Shown: positions 63,533 to 64,000 of the stretch, in pieces
How the letters are laid out: every line of letters starts with the position of its first letter
Position numbering within the stretch: the stretch's first letter is position 1
DNA from: Raja brachyura
Lineage: Eukaryota
Direction of reading: 5' to 3'
Assembly: GCA_963514005.1 (NCBI GenBank)
Contig: OY740802.1
Coordinates: forward strand, 38,998,001 to 39,062,000
Length of the DNA stretch: 64,000 bases
Made by a program: the position numbers and the translations under genes
Notes under the pieces: generated by a model
The model's input: the letters and a program-made list of their open reading frames with translations, nothing else
The model's database searches: none
What the model was told of the DNA's origin: nothing

Positions 63533-64000
63533 CACCAGATATACACGCCCAGGACGACAGACAGGCTGACGGTGCCGTCGTTCCTACACCGTGACCGCTT
63601 CAGCCGCTTCCAGCCCACCTACCCCTACATGCAGCACGAGATCGACCTCCCTCCCACCATCTCGCTGTCGGATGGTGAGGAGCCCCCTCCCTACCAAGGC
63701 CCCTGCACCCTGCAGCTCCGCGACCCCGAGCAGCAGATGGAATTGAACCGGGAGTCGGTGCGGGCTCCCCCGAACAGGACGATCTTTGACAGCGACTTGA
63801 TAGACACGTCGATTTATAACGCTGGACCCTGCCCGCCCAGCTGTAACTCTGGTGTCAGCGCCACCAGCTACAGCAGCAACGGCAGAATGGAGGGACCACC
63901 GCCCACTTACAACGAGGTCATCGGTCACTACCCGGGGTCGACGTTTTTCCAGCATCAGCAGAGTCACGGTGTCCACTCTCTGATGGGTGGAAGCAGACCG
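63533..64000 (+). CDS. pmepa1: Terminal coding exon (partial, runs off window) of pmepa1: cytoplasmic domain with PPPY, PPNR (Smad-interaction) and PPTY motifs
   Basis: Branch-like ctgac, then ctctcttctcttgtcttccag acceptor. Open frame of 156 codons: [144 protein letters not shown]... Absent from the ORF track because there is no stop codon in the window. Confidence 0.92.

Noticed and set aside
63584-63976. 130-aa minus-strand ORF
   Set aside because: Antisense shadow of the GC-rich pmepa1 terminal exon.

Overview
Eukaryotic, repeat-rich vertebrate DNA. The repeat content (CR1-clade LINE ends, HE1/V-SINE-like SINEs, abundant Penelope-derived short elements, Rex/Babar fragments) points to a cartilaginous fish, probably a skate or ray; this is inference. 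The only convincing host coding sequence is two + strand exons of a PMEPA1/LDLRAD4-family TGF-beta feedback inhibitor, most likely pmepa1: the 155-nt transmembrane exon at 49138-49292 and the terminal exon from 63533 running off the window. Positions 1-49137 are probably intron 1 or upstream DNA, as no first exon was recognised, and the expected 54-nt middle exon was not found. Nearly all ORF-track entries are spurious or repeat-derived. Most notable observations: (1) a ~1.09-kb TIR-bounded DNA element carrying a captured, internally deleted ZFP36/TTP-family coding fragment, with a nearby partial duplicate; (2) many Penelope-derived elements with minimal hammerhead-ribozyme cores, often as head-to-head palindromes with 10-16 bp TSDs; (3) several locally templated direct or inverted duplications; (4) an internally deleted hAT transposon with a transposase remnant; (5) candidate SMAD-element arrays and CTCF sites. 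All calls were made by eye with no database searches, and repeat boundaries without a stated TSD are approximate.
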